45,765 bases of DNA from an uncultured Armatimonadetes bacterium (GCA_903924445.1 CAIYBQ010000128.1:1-45765); one strand, 5' to 3'; counted from the stretch's first letter, positions 8,225 to 18,299 are shown. The notes: a model not told the origin generated them from the letters alone. Numbers and translations are program-made.

Positions 8225-11200
8225 ATGGCCACCCCTTTTGTACACCTGCATAACCACTCCGAGTTCTCATTCCTTGATGGTGCATCCAAGATCAAGGAGA
8301 TGGCTAAGATCGCCGTCGAGATGGAAATGCCAGCGATTGCGCTTACCGATCACGGAACGATGTACGGGGCATTTGAGTTCTATGAAGCGTGTAAGGCCGT
8401 CGGTGTTCAGCCAATAGTTGGATGCGAGCTTTACGTCGCGACACGTGGACGGCGCGACCGTGATCCAAAGCGGGATGGTAACCATCACCTTGTAGCCCTC
8501 GCCAAGAATGAAACCGGCTACCGAAACCTCATGAAGCTTGCGACGAAGGCGAGCCTTGAGGGGATGTACTACAAGCCGCGTGTCGATAAAGAGCTGCTTG
8601 CCGAACACGCCGAAGGTCTTGTTATCTGCTCCGCTTGTATGGGTGGTGAGCTTGCGCAATCCGTTATCCAGAAAAAAGGTCATGAGGAGACCAAGCGAGT
8701 TGCGGCTTGGTACCGCGAGGTCTTCGGGGATGACTTTTACTTAGAGATTCAAGGCCACGGGGCGCAGGGACAGCAGGAAGTCAATGAGGAAGTCATTCGC
8801 GCCGCCCGTGCGCTGAACATTCCTCTGGTCGCTACAAATGATGCGCACTACTTGCGTGCGGCAGATGCCAGTGCACACGACATTCTTCTGTGTATCCAGA
8901 CATCCACAACGATTAGCGACCCAAAGCGGATGCGCTACGAGCCACGTGAGTTCTACCTCAAGACCCACGATGAGATGTTTGGCGTTTTCGAACACTTGGC
9001 TCCGGATGCGGTTGAAAATACGCTTGCCGTAGCGGAAAAGTGCAAGCTTGAAATTGAAGTCGGTCGTGCCCCGATGCCGGCGATTCCGCTCCCGGATGGC
9101 CACTCTGACCACTCCTATCTCACGGTTCTCTGCTGGGAAGGGTTGGAGCGACGCATCAAAAATGTCAGTGATACGCACCGCGACCGCCTAAAGTACGAGC
9201 TGGAAATCATCGAAAAAACCGGCTTCTCACGCTACTTCCTCATCGTCCGGGACATCGCTCAATACGCACGCGGAAGCAAAATCTACTTTGGTGTCCGAGG
9301 CTCTGCGGCAGGTTCGCTCGCGTCGTTCTGTATTGGTATCACCGACCTCGACCCAATCGAATACAACCTCACCTTCGAGCGCTTCCTAAACCCCGAGCGC
9401 GTCACGATGCCCGATATCGATATGGACTTCGAGGACACACGACGCTCGGATGTCATTAAGCACGTCGCTGAGAAGTATGGCGAAGAAAACGTTGGCTTCA
9501 TTTCAACGTTCGGAACGCTTGGGGCAAAGGCTGCAATTCGTGATGTCTGCCGGGCGATGGGCCTTCCGCTGACCGAGACCGACCGCATCGCGAAAATGAT
9601 TCCCAAGATGCCTCTCGGGTTGTCTATCCAGCAATCCATGGATGGCTATCCCGCAAAGGACTACTCGGGAAATCCTGAAATGAAGCGGGAATACGAGACC
9701 AACCCGATGGTCCGTGAAGTCATCGATACCGCAAAATCTATTGAGGGCCTGACAAGAAACTCATCCATTCACGCTGCGGGCATCATGATCTCCGACGTTC
9801 CCCTCGTTGAATACACCCCGCTTGTCCGAACAAATGATGGCTCGGTCGCGACGCAGTATCCACACAGCTCGCTTGAGAAAATCGGCCTGCTCAAAATGGA
9901 CTTTCTGGGGCTGATCAACCTCACCATTTTGGCACGGGCTGTAGATCTGATCCATGAGACAAAAGGCGATGTCATCGATGTTTGGGACATTCCTCTGGAT
10001 GCATCCGAGCCTCGAGCACTCAAAGCGTATGACATGCTTAGCCGCGGGGAAACGACGGGTATCTTCCAGCTCGAATCCGATGGCATGCGCCGCTGGATTG
10101 TTGACCTCAAGCCTCGGAGCGTAAAAGAGCTCGCCGCGATGGTGGCGCTCTACCGCCCGGGTCCAATGGACCACATCCCTCGCTACATCCGCTCTAAGTT
10201 TGATCCAACCCAGATTCAGTACACACACCCGACGCTTGAGCCCATTCTTGGCGAAACGTATGGCGTTATTGTCTACCAGGATCAGGTTCTAAAAATCGTT
10301 CAAGCCGTTGCTGGATTCACACTTGGACAGGCTGACCTTCTGCGCCGCGCGATGGGTAAGAAGAAGAAGTCCGAAATGGACCAGCAGCGGGCGAACTTTA
10401 TGAAAGGATCCGAAGAACGCGGTATTTCTGAAAAAGTCGCCGATCAGATCTTCTCGGAAATCGAGCCATTTGCCGGATACGCATTCAATGGTGCGCATGC
10501 AGCTTGTTACGCGATGGTCGCCTACCAGACGGCGTATCTCAAAGCGAACTATCCTGCCGAATACCTCGCGGCTTACCTGGGAGCCTATGCGGATCGAACG
10601 GAAAAGATTGTCGGCGCTATCGATGAATGTGGACGCCTCGGGGTAACCGTTTTGCCCCCGGACATCAACACATCGAGGTCGGAATTCAGTGTCCCTGAAG
10701 ATGGAAAGATTCTCTTCGGCCTGCTCGGCATCAAGAATGTCGGTAAAGCACCCGTCGATGCCATTCTCGCTGCACGAGTAAACGGGGGAGCTTTCCGCGA
10801 CCTCGGCGATTTCTGTGACCGTGTCTTTGCAGAGGGTTTGACGAGTAAATCTGTCATCGAAATGCTGATAAAGGCCGGCGCACTGAGCTGCTTGCATCCA
10901 AATCGTAAGGCGCTGCTCGAAGGCCTCGATGACTGTGTCGCGGCAGCTCAGCGCAACATTAGGGACCAGCAATCGGGACTGATGAGCCTCTTTGATGGCG
11001 ACGACACACAGGATCCATCCCTTGCGGCGCAAAAACCACTCCCCACGGTGCCCGACTTTTCACGCGGTGAGAGACTCGCCTTTGAAAAGGAGCTGCTCGG
11101 CCTCTATCTAACGGAACACCCGGTCAAGCCATTCGAACCAGAGCTCCGACGAAAGCACCGGGCGGTGCGTATCGAGGGCCTCACGGATGTCGCAACAGGG

Positions 11201-11752
11201 GCAAATGTCGTCATCGGTGGGATGGTCACAGACATCCGGCAGCGGAACACAACCAGCGGCCAGTTAATGTTGACACTGCAGCTCGAAGACACCAGTGGAT
11301 CGGTTTCGGTTACCTGTTTTCCAAAGGTCACCGCGGAATATGGGCGCCTCGTTCTCGTCAACTCAATTCTTGCGATCAGCGGCCGCGTCCAGCGCCGGGA
11401 ACGAATTTCAAGTAGCACAAATGCAGAAGATGAAGCGAACGAAACGCCATCGCAAGCCGAAATCATCTGTGACAGAATTGAACGGGTTGTTGAGAATGCA
11501 ATGGCATCGGATGCCCGACCACGTGTCGTACATCTGAAGGTTGACAACACGTGTAAGTCTCGCCTGCGGATGGTCCGGGATGTGCTCGCAAGTGCCGAAG
11601 GTGGATCACAGCTGTTGGTACACGTTCAACCAACCGAAGATCAACCTATGGTCGTGGTTACCACGCGGTTCCTGGTGGACCCGGATGAGCAGAAGCTGGA
11701 ACAGGTACGCCGGATGCTAGGTGGGGGCTACAAGCGCTGCTGGATTGAGTGA
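8225..11752 (+). CDS. dnaE: DNA polymerase III alpha subunit
   Basis: PHP domain start FVHLHNHSEFSFLDGASKI. The 1175-aa length, GLLKMDFLGL, and a C-terminal OB-fold region are all typical of DnaE. Confidence 0.95.
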   Translation: MATPFVHLHNHSEFSFLDGASKIKEMAKIAVEMEMPAIALTDHGTMYGAFEFYEACKAVGVQPIVGCELYVATRGRRDRDPKRDGNHHLVALAKNETGYRNLMKLATKASLEGMYYKPRVDKELLAEHAEGLVICSACMGGELAQSVIQKKGHEETKRVAAWYREVFGDDFYLEIQGHGAQGQQEVNEEVIRAARALNIPLVATNDAHYLRAADASAHDILLCIQTSTTISDPKRMRYEPREFYLKTHDEMFGVFEHLAPDAVENTLAVAEKCKLEIEVGRAPMPAIPLPDGHSDHSYLTVLCWEGLERRIKNVSDTHRDRLKYELEIIEKTGFSRYFLIVRDIAQYARGSKIYFGVRGSAAGSLASFCIGITDLDPIEYNLTFERFLNPERVTMPDIDMDFEDTRRSDVIKHVAEKYGEENVGFISTFGTLGAKAAIRDVCRAMGLPLTETDRIAKMIPKMPLGLSIQQSMDGYPAKDYSGNPEMKREYETNPMVREVIDTAKSIEGLTRNSSIHAAGIMISDVPLVEYTPLVRTNDGSVATQYPHSSLEKIGLLKMDFLGLINLTILARAVDLIHETKGDVIDVWDIPLDASEPRALKAYDMLSRGETTGIFQLESDGMRRWIVDLKPRSVKELAAMVALYRPGPMDHIPRYIRSKFDPTQIQYTHPTLEPILGETYGVIVYQDQVLKIVQAVAGFTLGQADLLRRAMGKKKKSEMDQQRANFMKGSEERGISEKVADQIFSEIEPFAGYAFNGAHAACYAMVAYQTAYLKANYPAEYLAAYLGAYADRTEKIVGAIDECGRLGVTVLPPDINTSRSEFSVPEDGKILFGLLGIKNVGKAPVDAILAARVNGGAFRDLGDFCDRVFAEGLTSKSVIEMLIKAGALSCLHPNRKALLEGLDDCVAAAQRNIRDQQSGLMSLFDGDDTQDPSLAAQKPLPTVPDFSRGERLAFEKELLGLYLTEHPVKPFEPELRRKHRAVRIEGLTDVATGANVVIGGMVTDIRQRNTTSGQLMLTLQLEDTSGSVSVTCFPKVTAEYGRLVLVNSILAISGRVQRRERISSSTNAEDEANETPSQAEIICDRIERVVENAMASDARPRVVHLKVDNTCKSRLRMVRDVLASAEGGSQLLVHVQPTEDQPMVVVTTRFLVDPDEQKLEQVRRMLGGGYKRCWIE

Positions 11753-11794
11753 TGTCGTGGTGGGGTATCGTAAACGTCGGAAAGTGGTGGTCTA

Positions 11795-12832
11795 ATGACC
11801 GCCACGATGGGGAATGTGAACATGGATCATTTGTTAGTCACGGGCGGCGCCGGGTTTATCGGCTCCAACTACGTCAGGATGGTGCTCCGCGAGGAACTGG
11901 CCAAAAAAGTAACCGTCCTTGATGCATTGACCTATGCGGGGAACCTTGAGAACTTGAAGGAGTTCGAAGGGGATGACCGTTTGGTCTTCGTTCATGGCAA
12001 GATTCAGGACCGCGAAGCGGTGGATACAGCGGCTAAGGATGTCGATGTCATCCTGAACTTTGCAGCCGAGAGCCACAACGACCGCGCCATTCTGGACCCG
12101 GATGCGGCTGTCCAGGCTAACTTTAATGGTGTCTGCGTGCTCCTCGATGCAGCTCGACGCTTCGGGCATCAACGGTTTTTACAGGTCTCCACGGATGAAG
12201 TCTACGGGTCGACCGATGACATGTTCCGTGAAGGGGATGCCCTTGAGCCAAACCAGCCATACTCTGCGGCTAAGGCTGGCGGAGAGCTTATGGTCCGTGC
12301 GTACCATGAAACGTTTGGTCTCCAGACGTTGGTAACGCGTGGCTCGAACACCTACGGACAGTTCCAATACCCTGAGAAATTAATACCGTTGATGGTGACA
12401 AATGCCATCGATGATATTCCACTTCCCGTCTACGGCGACGGCCAGCAGGTCCGCGAGTGGATGCACGTCGATGACCATGCGCGTGGCATTGATCTGGTGC
12501 TGCGTAACGGAGTTCCTGGAAAAGCCTACAACCTAGGCTCTGGTTGTGAGCGTGTGAACCTCGATGTCGTCAAGGGAATTCTCGCTGCGCTCGGTAAACC
12601 AGACACATTGATTCGCAATGTTGAGGACCGGCCAGGGCATGATCGTCGTTACCTGATGGAATGCAAGAGTATCCGTGCGCTGGGCTTCGATCCGGATGTC
12701 AACTTTGAGGCACGTCTTGAAGAGACCGTCAAGTGGTATGTGGAAAATGAGCCTTGGTGGCGTCGTATCAAGGAAAAGAAGGCTGAATATCAAGCCTTTA
12801 TGGACCAGTGGTACGCAAACCGCCGCGGTTAG
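11795..12832 (+). CDS. rfbB: dTDP-glucose 4,6-dehydratase (extended SDR)
   Basis: Motifs: LVTGGAGFIGSNY (Rossmann) and YSAAKAGGE (YxxxK). Length is about 340 aa. ATG 11822 (MDHLLVTGG) is a plausible alternative start. Confidence 0.88.
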   Translation: MTATMGNVNMDHLLVTGGAGFIGSNYVRMVLREELAKKVTVLDALTYAGNLENLKEFEGDDRLVFVHGKIQDREAVDTAAKDVDVILNFAAESHNDRAILDPDAAVQANFNGVCVLLDAARRFGHQRFLQVSTDEVYGSTDDMFREGDALEPNQPYSAAKAGGELMVRAYHETFGLQTLVTRGSNTYGQFQYPEKLIPLMVTNAIDDIPLPVYGDGQQVREWMHVDDHARGIDLVLRNGVPGKAYNLGSGCERVNLDVVKGILAALGKPDTLIRNVEDRPGHDRRYLMECKSIRALGFDPDVNFEARLEETVKWYVENEPWWRRIKEKKAEYQAFMDQWYANRRG

Positions 12833-12843
12833 GACCTAACAAG

Positions 12844-12879
12844 AAAACGCCCTCAGGAAATGACCTGGGGGCGTTTTTT
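12844..12879. terminator. Bidirectional rho-independent terminator between convergent rfbB and the TolC-like gene
   Basis: Sequence aaaacgccctcagg-aaatga-cctgggggcgtttttt forms a 14-bp stem with one G-U pair. A T-run follows on the plus strand and an A-run precedes, so a U-tail is available in both directions. Confidence 0.8.
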
Positions 12880-12895
12880 AACTGGATACGTTGCG

Positions 12896-14356
12896 TTAGT
12901 GCTTGCCGGTAACCCGGTCGAGCTGTGCAAGGGCGATGAAGTAGTCGTACTTGCTATTGACTGCATTCGTCTCGGCCTGTGTGAGCGCTGCTTGGGCATC
13001 GTAAACGGCAACCTGCGTATCGACACCTTCGCGGTACCGAACGCCAGCGAGGCGGAATGCTTCACGTGCTTCGTTGAGTCCAGCGGCACTCGTAGCGATG
13101 CGTTCATGGGCATCTAGAACCGCAATATGTGCCTGAATAACTTCCGTTTCAATTCCGCGGGCAAACTGGTCTGCTTGGATGGCAGCACGACGTTCATCCG
13201 CATGGACTGAGTCTGTGGTTGCACGGGTCACACCGCCATCTAGTATCGGCTTTTGGAAGACGAGCGTAAGGCTACCAGTTGCTTGCTGATTCGCAACCAG
13301 CGCTGGGCTTGGGTTGTAGTTTCCGTTGAGCGACACGGCAACAGAGCCATTCATGCCACCCTTTTGATAGCGGGTGTTATGAGATGCCATTTTAGTGCTC
13401 AGGCCTGCGGCAATCGCTTCTGGGCGATGCTTCTGCGCAAACATGACCAGGTCCTTGACTGATGCTGTTGGGAGCGCTGGAATCGCGATGTCATCCGGTT
13501 TTGTGGGAGCGGTAAGTTTGAACTCAGTGGTCGGTTCAACTCCGATCGCAAGTGCAAGGGATGTCCGCTGAATCTGGGCCTGATTCCGTGCCGTCGTCAG
13601 CTGCTGTTGATCGTTGGCCACTTGGGTCTTCGCGCGGAGCACATCGTAGGCCGCGACAACTCCATTACGTAGCTGTGCCTCGGCAACAGCCAGCTGTGCT
13701 TTTGAACGATCAAGGTTAGCGGCTGCGATGTGAACCAGCGAGTCTGCACGCAGTGTCACGTACCACTGATTTCGGACGCTGAGGGCGATGGTGTCCTTGG
13801 TACGGAGGATGTCTTGTTCTACGATTAGAACCTGTGTGTCGCCGATGTAATCTGCCAGTCGGATTGTTCCGGTTACATCTACAAGCTGCGTTAGGCTCAT
13901 TTGTACCGAATTCTGGTTCAGATCAATGTTGCTGCCAAAGACATTTCCACCGGTGTCACCTGTTCCACCCCCACCTGTTTGCCGACTGCGTGTCGGTCCG
14001 GCGAGGTTAATAGGAACAGAGCCAGGAGGCTGGATTTGTAGACCGATTGGAAATGGGTTTTGAATCGTGCCTGTTGCACCACCAGCGCCGCCACCACCAA
14101 ATGCCGCTCCCAAGCCCGACAGGCGGGTATAGCTGGCGGTTGCACGTAAGGTCGGCGACTTAGCAGGACCCAGTACTTGGGTGATGGTGTTCTTGGTTTT
14201 ACGTAATGATTCCGAGGCCAGCCGGATGTCTGGGTGCTTCTCGAGCGCTGCGGCAACAGCCTGATCCACAGATGAAATAACATCTGCGGCGTGAATCGGG
14301 GATGCAAGCGTAACGAGGGACAAGGATGCGGCGATTAATGCGTAGGGACGGGACAT
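12896..14356 (-). CDS. TolC-like outer membrane efflux/channel protein (OEP family) with a Gly-rich insertion
   Basis: Signal peptide MSRPYALIAASLSLVTLASPIHA follows GGAAGG. Two coiled-coil repeat halves end in YREGVDTQVAVYDAQAALTQAETNAVNSKYDYFIALAQLDRVTG. The track ORF (to 14452) over-extends the N-terminus. Confidence 0.75.
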   Translation of the reverse strand: MSRPYALIAASLSLVTLASPIHAADVISSVDQAVAAALEKHPDIRLASESLRKTKNTITQVLGPAKSPTLRATASYTRLSGLGAAFGGGGAGGATGTIQNPFPIGLQIQPPGSVPINLAGPTRSRQTGGGGTGDTGGNVFGSNIDLNQNSVQMSLTQLVDVTGTIRLADYIGDTQVLIVEQDILRTKDTIALSVRNQWYVTLRADSLVHIAAANLDRSKAQLAVAEAQLRNGVVAAYDVLRAKTQVANDQQQLTTARNQAQIQRTSLALAIGVEPTTEFKLTAPTKPDDIAIPALPTASVKDLVMFAQKHRPEAIAAGLSTKMASHNTRYQKGGMNGSVAVSLNGNYNPSPALVANQQATGSLTLVFQKPILDGGVTRATTDSVHADERRAAIQADQFARGIETEVIQAHIAVLDAHERIATSAAGLNEAREAFRLAGVRYREGVDTQVAVYDAQAALTQAETNAVNSKYDYFIALAQLDRVTGKH

Positions 14357-14399
14357 AGTTACCTTCCAGCGGACAAGAGGTATCCGCTCTATCACAACG

Positions 14400-15203
14400 T
14401 TAGATACTGAAAAGGATTGCACGAACTTTGCTCCAATCATCAGCGGAATCATCCGGATTGATTTGGATTACATGAACATCAGAGTCGATGGGCAAGACAA
14501 TGGATTCACAGAGATCCTCCAAAAAGGGGCCATGGGTTACATTCGCTGATCCAGACCGATGTATATTCCCAAATCTGTCATCCAACTGACCAACGCTGGA
14601 CACCTTCCGGTCATTTATGATCTGTCCGATGTGGTAAACGAATGGACCTAATACTGGAATCCGTGAAATGAGATAGTGGTGCTTCGACTTCTCCGGGGCG
14701 TATTCTGGATTGAGCAGGGTTAGCGACAGGGGCGTCTGAGCTTTGTTAGCAACTTCAAGTGCAACCGATGCTGCATAGCCTGTAGCAACTAGAGCCGTAA
14801 TCGATGGAAACTGGGAAAGAATTTCCTGTACGTGGTCGGCGTGCATTTCGATGTTGTATTTCGTGACGGGTCTGTCACTGCGGCCATATCCGAGAAAATC
14901 GACCGCAATCACGCCATCTGCAGATACATCCGTCATCAGGGCTTCGTAATCAGCCATACTGCAACCCGGCAGCAAATCATGCAGGAGCAGCGCACTCGGC
15001 TCTTCACCAACCTGTTGTGTGCACAGGTCTCCCTCGGGAGCTCCGAAGTACTTGATTCTGCTACGTTTAAGACGTTGTTTTGAGAGGGGAGCTGCGAGCT
15101 CAATCAGTGCATTGGTAACGGCCATCGCCGTAATGGCTGCCACAACATACTGAATAACTTTGTTGGATCGGCGTTTACGACGTCTGAATTGAGCGGTTGA
15201 CAT
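14400..15203 (-). CDS. Membrane-anchored alpha/beta-hydrolase-fold protein, with no canonical nucleophile elbow seen
   Basis: The N-terminal basic stretch plus TM helix reads RRRKRRSNKVIQYVVAAITAMAVTNALI. LLLHDLLPG...VIAVDFLGYGRSDRP is typical of alpha/beta hydrolases. The expected GxSxG position reads LVATGYAASVA. Confidence 0.6.
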   Translation of the reverse strand: MSTAQFRRRKRRSNKVIQYVVAAITAMAVTNALIELAAPLSKQRLKRSRIKYFGAPEGDLCTQQVGEEPSALLLHDLLPGCSMADYEALMTDVSADGVIAVDFLGYGRSDRPVTKYNIEMHADHVQEILSQFPSITALVATGYAASVALEVANKAQTPLSLTLLNPEYAPEKSKHHYLISRIPVLGPFVYHIGQIINDRKVSSVGQLDDRFGNIHRSGSANVTHGPFLEDLCESIVLPIDSDVHVIQINPDDSADDWSKVRAILFSI

Positions 15204-15267
15204 GGATTTTCACCATCATAATACCGATAGTTTAATTCAAATATACACAAGGAACATTCTGGTGCGT

Positions 15268-15297
15268 TTGCACCGTCAAACCACCGACCCGTATAAT
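15268..15297 (+). promoter_or_regulatory. Candidate sigma70-type promoter of the pilin-like operon: TTGCAC-18 nt-TATAAT
   Basis: Hexamers read directly (15268-15273 and 15292-15297). This is the only good promoter-like element in the 211-nt gap upstream of 15415. Confidence 0.5.
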
Positions 15298-15300
15298 CTG

Positions 15301-15336
15301 CGGACGCCACAATGTTATTTGCCCTTGTGATGTCCG
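15301..15336 (+). other. Predicted 5'-UTR stem-loop: 12-bp stem with one mismatch and one G-U pair, 12-nt loop
   Basis: cggacgccacaa / ttgtgatgtccg pair around the loop tgttatttgccc. The element lies immediately downstream of the predicted -10 and has no U-tail. Confidence 0.3.
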
Positions 15337-15414
15337 TCCAGTGGAAAAGGCCGGGAGATGCGGAGTGGATCACACTGCATGCTCACGGCAAGCCATGAAG
15401 GAGTACTTGGCTCT

Positions 15415-16338
15415 ATGAACTCATCGCTGAGGTTTGGAAGTAGGAATCGAGCAGGCTTTACCCTGATCGAGCTTCTTGTTGTTATTGCAATCATTGCGAT
15501 TCTCGCAGCGATTTTGTTCCCAGCATTCGCTGGTGTACGGGAATCCGCGCGTCGCAGCTCGACGATGACCAATATGTCCAAGATTGCGCAGGCAGTAGCC
15601 GCGTATGAATTGGACAACCGTGAGTACCCTGAGTACTTGTTCGGACCTGCTGTTTCCCAGGCTGATGGAACACCGTTCGGAGACGCTCCTTACTACAGCA
15701 TGAAGGATGCAGCATCCATCGTAAACCGAGGAACGCCCATCGGACCGCTGCCGACTTCCACTGTAGCTGCACGCATCCGACGCATCTACTCTAAGGGGCT
15801 ATATCCCCAGTACATCCGGGATTTGGATACATACTCTTCACCTAACAATGCGGTTGCCACTCCAAGCGGCGCAGAGGATGTTGCAATCGTTGGTCGTTAT
15901 CCAACCTATGACCCGACCAATGGGGTTATGTCGCGTGTCGTTCCTGGCACGATGGTCGCGTTGCCTTTCTACACGTACGATGCCTTTGACATCAGTCCAA
16001 AGGTCACGAGTCTGATCGAAAACAAGATTTCGAAGACCGACTTCGTTGCCCGCTACAGCCGTGCCTGGTATCCAGTCACGACGACGGGTGCGCCCGGGGA
16101 TGGCGTTCCACCATCTGGGACATCGGATGGCGAGCGTGCTGCCAAGTATCGCAAGCAGCTCATTTGGCGCCAGCCACCGAATGACACGGTGCTTACCTAT
16201 ACGACCCACCACGTTCCATACGGCAAAGTTCTCGTCGTCTGGTTGAGTGGAACCGCCAAGGTGATTGATACCAAGCGCTTTAATGCACTGGTTGACAGCG
16301 CAGGCGACATCAAAGGGTATGAACTCGGACCTAACTAA
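15415..16338 (+). CDS. Prepilin-type N-terminal cleavage/methylation protein, GspG/major-pseudopilin-like (DUF1559-style N-terminus), 307 aa
   Basis: [14 protein letters not shown]|[35 protein letters not shown] carries a canonical class III signal (Gly-1, Phe+1, Glu+5). [16 protein letters not shown] resembles the GspG YxLDNGRYP motif. SD GAAGGAG is at 15397-15403. The protein has no Cys. Confidence 0.8.
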   Translation: MNSSLRFGSRNRAGFTLIELLVVIAIIAILAAILFPAFAGVRESARRSSTMTNMSKIAQAVAAYELDNREYPEYLFGPAVSQADGTPFGDAPYYSMKDAASIVNRGTPIGPLPTSTVAARIRRIYSKGLYPQYIRDLDTYSSPNNAVATPSGAEDVAIVGRYPTYDPTNGVMSRVVPGTMVALPFYTYDAFDISPKVTSLIENKISKTDFVARYSRAWYPVTTTGAPGDGVPPSGTSDGERAAKYRKQLIWRQPPNDTVLTYTTHHVPYGKVLVVWLSGTAKVIDTKRFNALVDSAGDIKGYELGPN

Positions 16339-16348
16339 AGGACCAATC

Positions 16349-16363
16349 CTGTGGAACCCACAG
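16349..16363 (+). other. Small perfect hairpin CTGTGG-aac-CCACAG just after the first pilin-like gene
   Basis: Read directly. The stem is 6 bp and there is no U-tail, so at most it is a weak attenuator or processing site. Confidence 0.2.
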
Positions 16364-16406
16364 CGGCTAACGCTCGTCACACAGGCAACGGAATAGGTAG
16401 GAATTG

Positions 16407-18299
16407 ATGCAATCTGGCAGGTACAGACCCATGATGAACACGAAGAAAGTACACAACGGCAAACGGGCGGCATCGCTCGTCGAAGTCATGGTTGTTCTCG
16501 TCGTCATCCTGATTGGCGTGTTTGCAATCATCCGTGTGTTTCCACTTGGACTTGGCTATCTGGGAACTGCATCCCGGCGTACGATTGCCGTTCGCTTGGG
16601 TCAGGGCATGATGGAGCAGGTAAAGTCGGATTCTGAAAACCTGCCCGATGCTGTCACATACACATACTGGGACAACGGGGCTCCTGTTACGGTCGTTTCC
16701 GAAGACCCTGATGATCTCACGAACCGTGCAGATGGCAATCCGTACTTCTCCGATGTCAACAAAACCCGATTTATTCAAGGTGAGGCGATTAAGATTGGTT
16801 TGCCGACGCCTGGCAACTACGCATCCGGCTACTTTCACAACGTCAAATTCGGGCCCATTTACATGGATCCACAGTTTGGTGACCCTGCTGTTGCTCCTGC
16901 CGGCGTAAACCCGTATCTGTCAGTCTATTCGGGAGCGCTTGATGCCCGAAATAGCCAGGCCGACTCGACGAACGGTCAACGGAGCCCGCTCGCGTATCGC
17001 GGTGCGCTCCGCAGCGCACGCTCTTATGTACTGGATCCCGGTACGGATGGCGGCGGCGCGTACATGCTGGTTCTGCCATCATCTCTTGACCGCTACTTCA
17101 AGGTTGAGTATCTCGTCCTTGTCGATGACGGCTCCGATGACAGTGGGCTGAATGTTCGCCTCGAAACAGAACAGCTGCTCGTACCAGCAAATGCGTTCGC
17201 TTGGGTCAAGCTGCAAAATGTTGCACCGAACGAGTCGATATCGCCAGGTTCTGACATCGTTACCCGAACGTTCCGTCGCCTGCCCGCCGGTACGACATGG
17301 TCAGCCGATGACCCATACGAGTACAAGTTGGCAAGTGCGAACATTTCTGGTGCGCCAGGATCGACGTCCTATGCGAATCTTGGACAGCTAGCCTTCAATC
17401 CGGCTGGAGCAAACTTCACCGAAGATGTAGCCGTTGGTCCCCGTGCCTTCGTTGCCTATGTCGATTACGCGGTGCTTGACTGGCATATCATTCGGGATGA
17501 CCGAGATGTGCCTAGCTCACTGCCAGATGTTGCAGGAGCAGTGCCGGTACGCCTAAGCCTTGCAAAGCTGAAGCGTATTGGGGACACCAATCCTGACAAC
17601 ACGTTCTATGATGGACTCTTCCCACCTGCGGACACTGACCCGACAGCAAACTTTGACATTCGTGTCATCCGCTTGGATACAGGTGTCGTCCTGACGCAGG
17701 GTGAGCATGATCTTCGATCCACAACCGATGCCAATGCGGACTATTGGGTGCGTGATGGCAAGGGTGGAACATGGGATGCAGGCCTTGTCTATCTGAACGT
17801 CAATCGTGTGCAGCCTGGTACGCCGATTCGTATTCTTTACAAAGCCGATGGCGAGTGGGCAGTTGCGTTGCAGAAGGCAGTCGCGACCTACCGAGCCTGG
17901 AATCAATCCCAGCTGGGACGTCCTCCGCTATCCGGCACTGATGGCAATGTTCAGTTCGGTGATCCAACGCGGTTTGGAATTGAAGGGACGCGTCTCTACT
18001 TTGCACGTAGTGAAGTAAACAAGGCTGTCACGGCTCGCTTGGAGCTGGTGGATGCCGCCGGGCAACACACGCGTACAGCGCCGCTTCAGGTTCCGATTTC
18101 CAGCACGGATGGCGATTATGCCACCGCAGACCTTTCACGGTTTATTCCGGCAGGCGTAAGCGACTGGCGAATTGTGGATGGTGCTGTCAAGGGTGTCAGT
18201 GTCAAGGTTAGGGTGATCTGGAAGGATCGAACCATTGATTCTGCGCCATGGCAGATTCAAGATATGGATTCTTACGTCACACAAGGAGTAGTGCAATGA
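16407..18299 (+). CDS. Giant minor-pilin/pseudopilin-like protein with a GspI/PilV-like N-terminus (630 aa)
   Basis: The N-terminus MQSGRYRPMMNTKKVHNGKRAASLVEVMVVLVVILIGVFAIIRVFPLG resembles GspI/PilV (xFSLIEVLVALxVLxIGLLG). SD AGGTAGGAA lies 5-8 nt before ATG 16407. The rest has no domain I recognise. No Cys. Confidence 0.6.
   Translation: MQSGRYRPMMNTKKVHNGKRAASLVEVMVVLVVILIGVFAIIRVFPLGLGYLGTASRRTIAVRLGQGMMEQVKSDSENLPDAVTYTYWDNGAPVTVVSEDPDDLTNRADGNPYFSDVNKTRFIQGEAIKIGLPTPGNYASGYFHNVKFGPIYMDPQFGDPAVAPAGVNPYLSVYSGALDARNSQADSTNGQRSPLAYRGALRSARSYVLDPGTDGGGAYMLVLPSSLDRYFKVEYLVLVDDGSDDSGLNVRLETEQLLVPANAFAWVKLQNVAPNESISPGSDIVTRTFRRLPAGTTWSADDPYEYKLASANISGAPGSTSYANLGQLAFNPAGANFTEDVAVGPRAFVAYVDYAVLDWHIIRDDRDVPSSLPDVAGAVPVRLSLAKLKRIGDTNPDNTFYDGLFPPADTDPTANFDIRVIRLDTGVVLTQGEHDLRSTTDANADYWVRDGKGGTWDAGLVYLNVNRVQPGTPIRILYKADGEWAVALQKAVATYRAWNQSQLGRPPLSGTDGNVQFGDPTRFGIEGTRLYFARSEVNKAVTARLELVDAAGQHTRTAPLQVPISSTDGDYATADLSRFIPAGVSDWRIVDGAVKGVSVKVRVIWKDRTIDSAPWQIQDMDSYVTQGVVQ

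Noticed and set aside
15104-15617. Minus-strand ORFs 15104-15373 (89 aa) and 15315-15617 (100 aa) spanning the operon promoter region
   Set aside because: They overlap the alpha/beta-fold gene start, the intergenic promoter and the pilin-like gene. They have no SD and their sequences are implausible.
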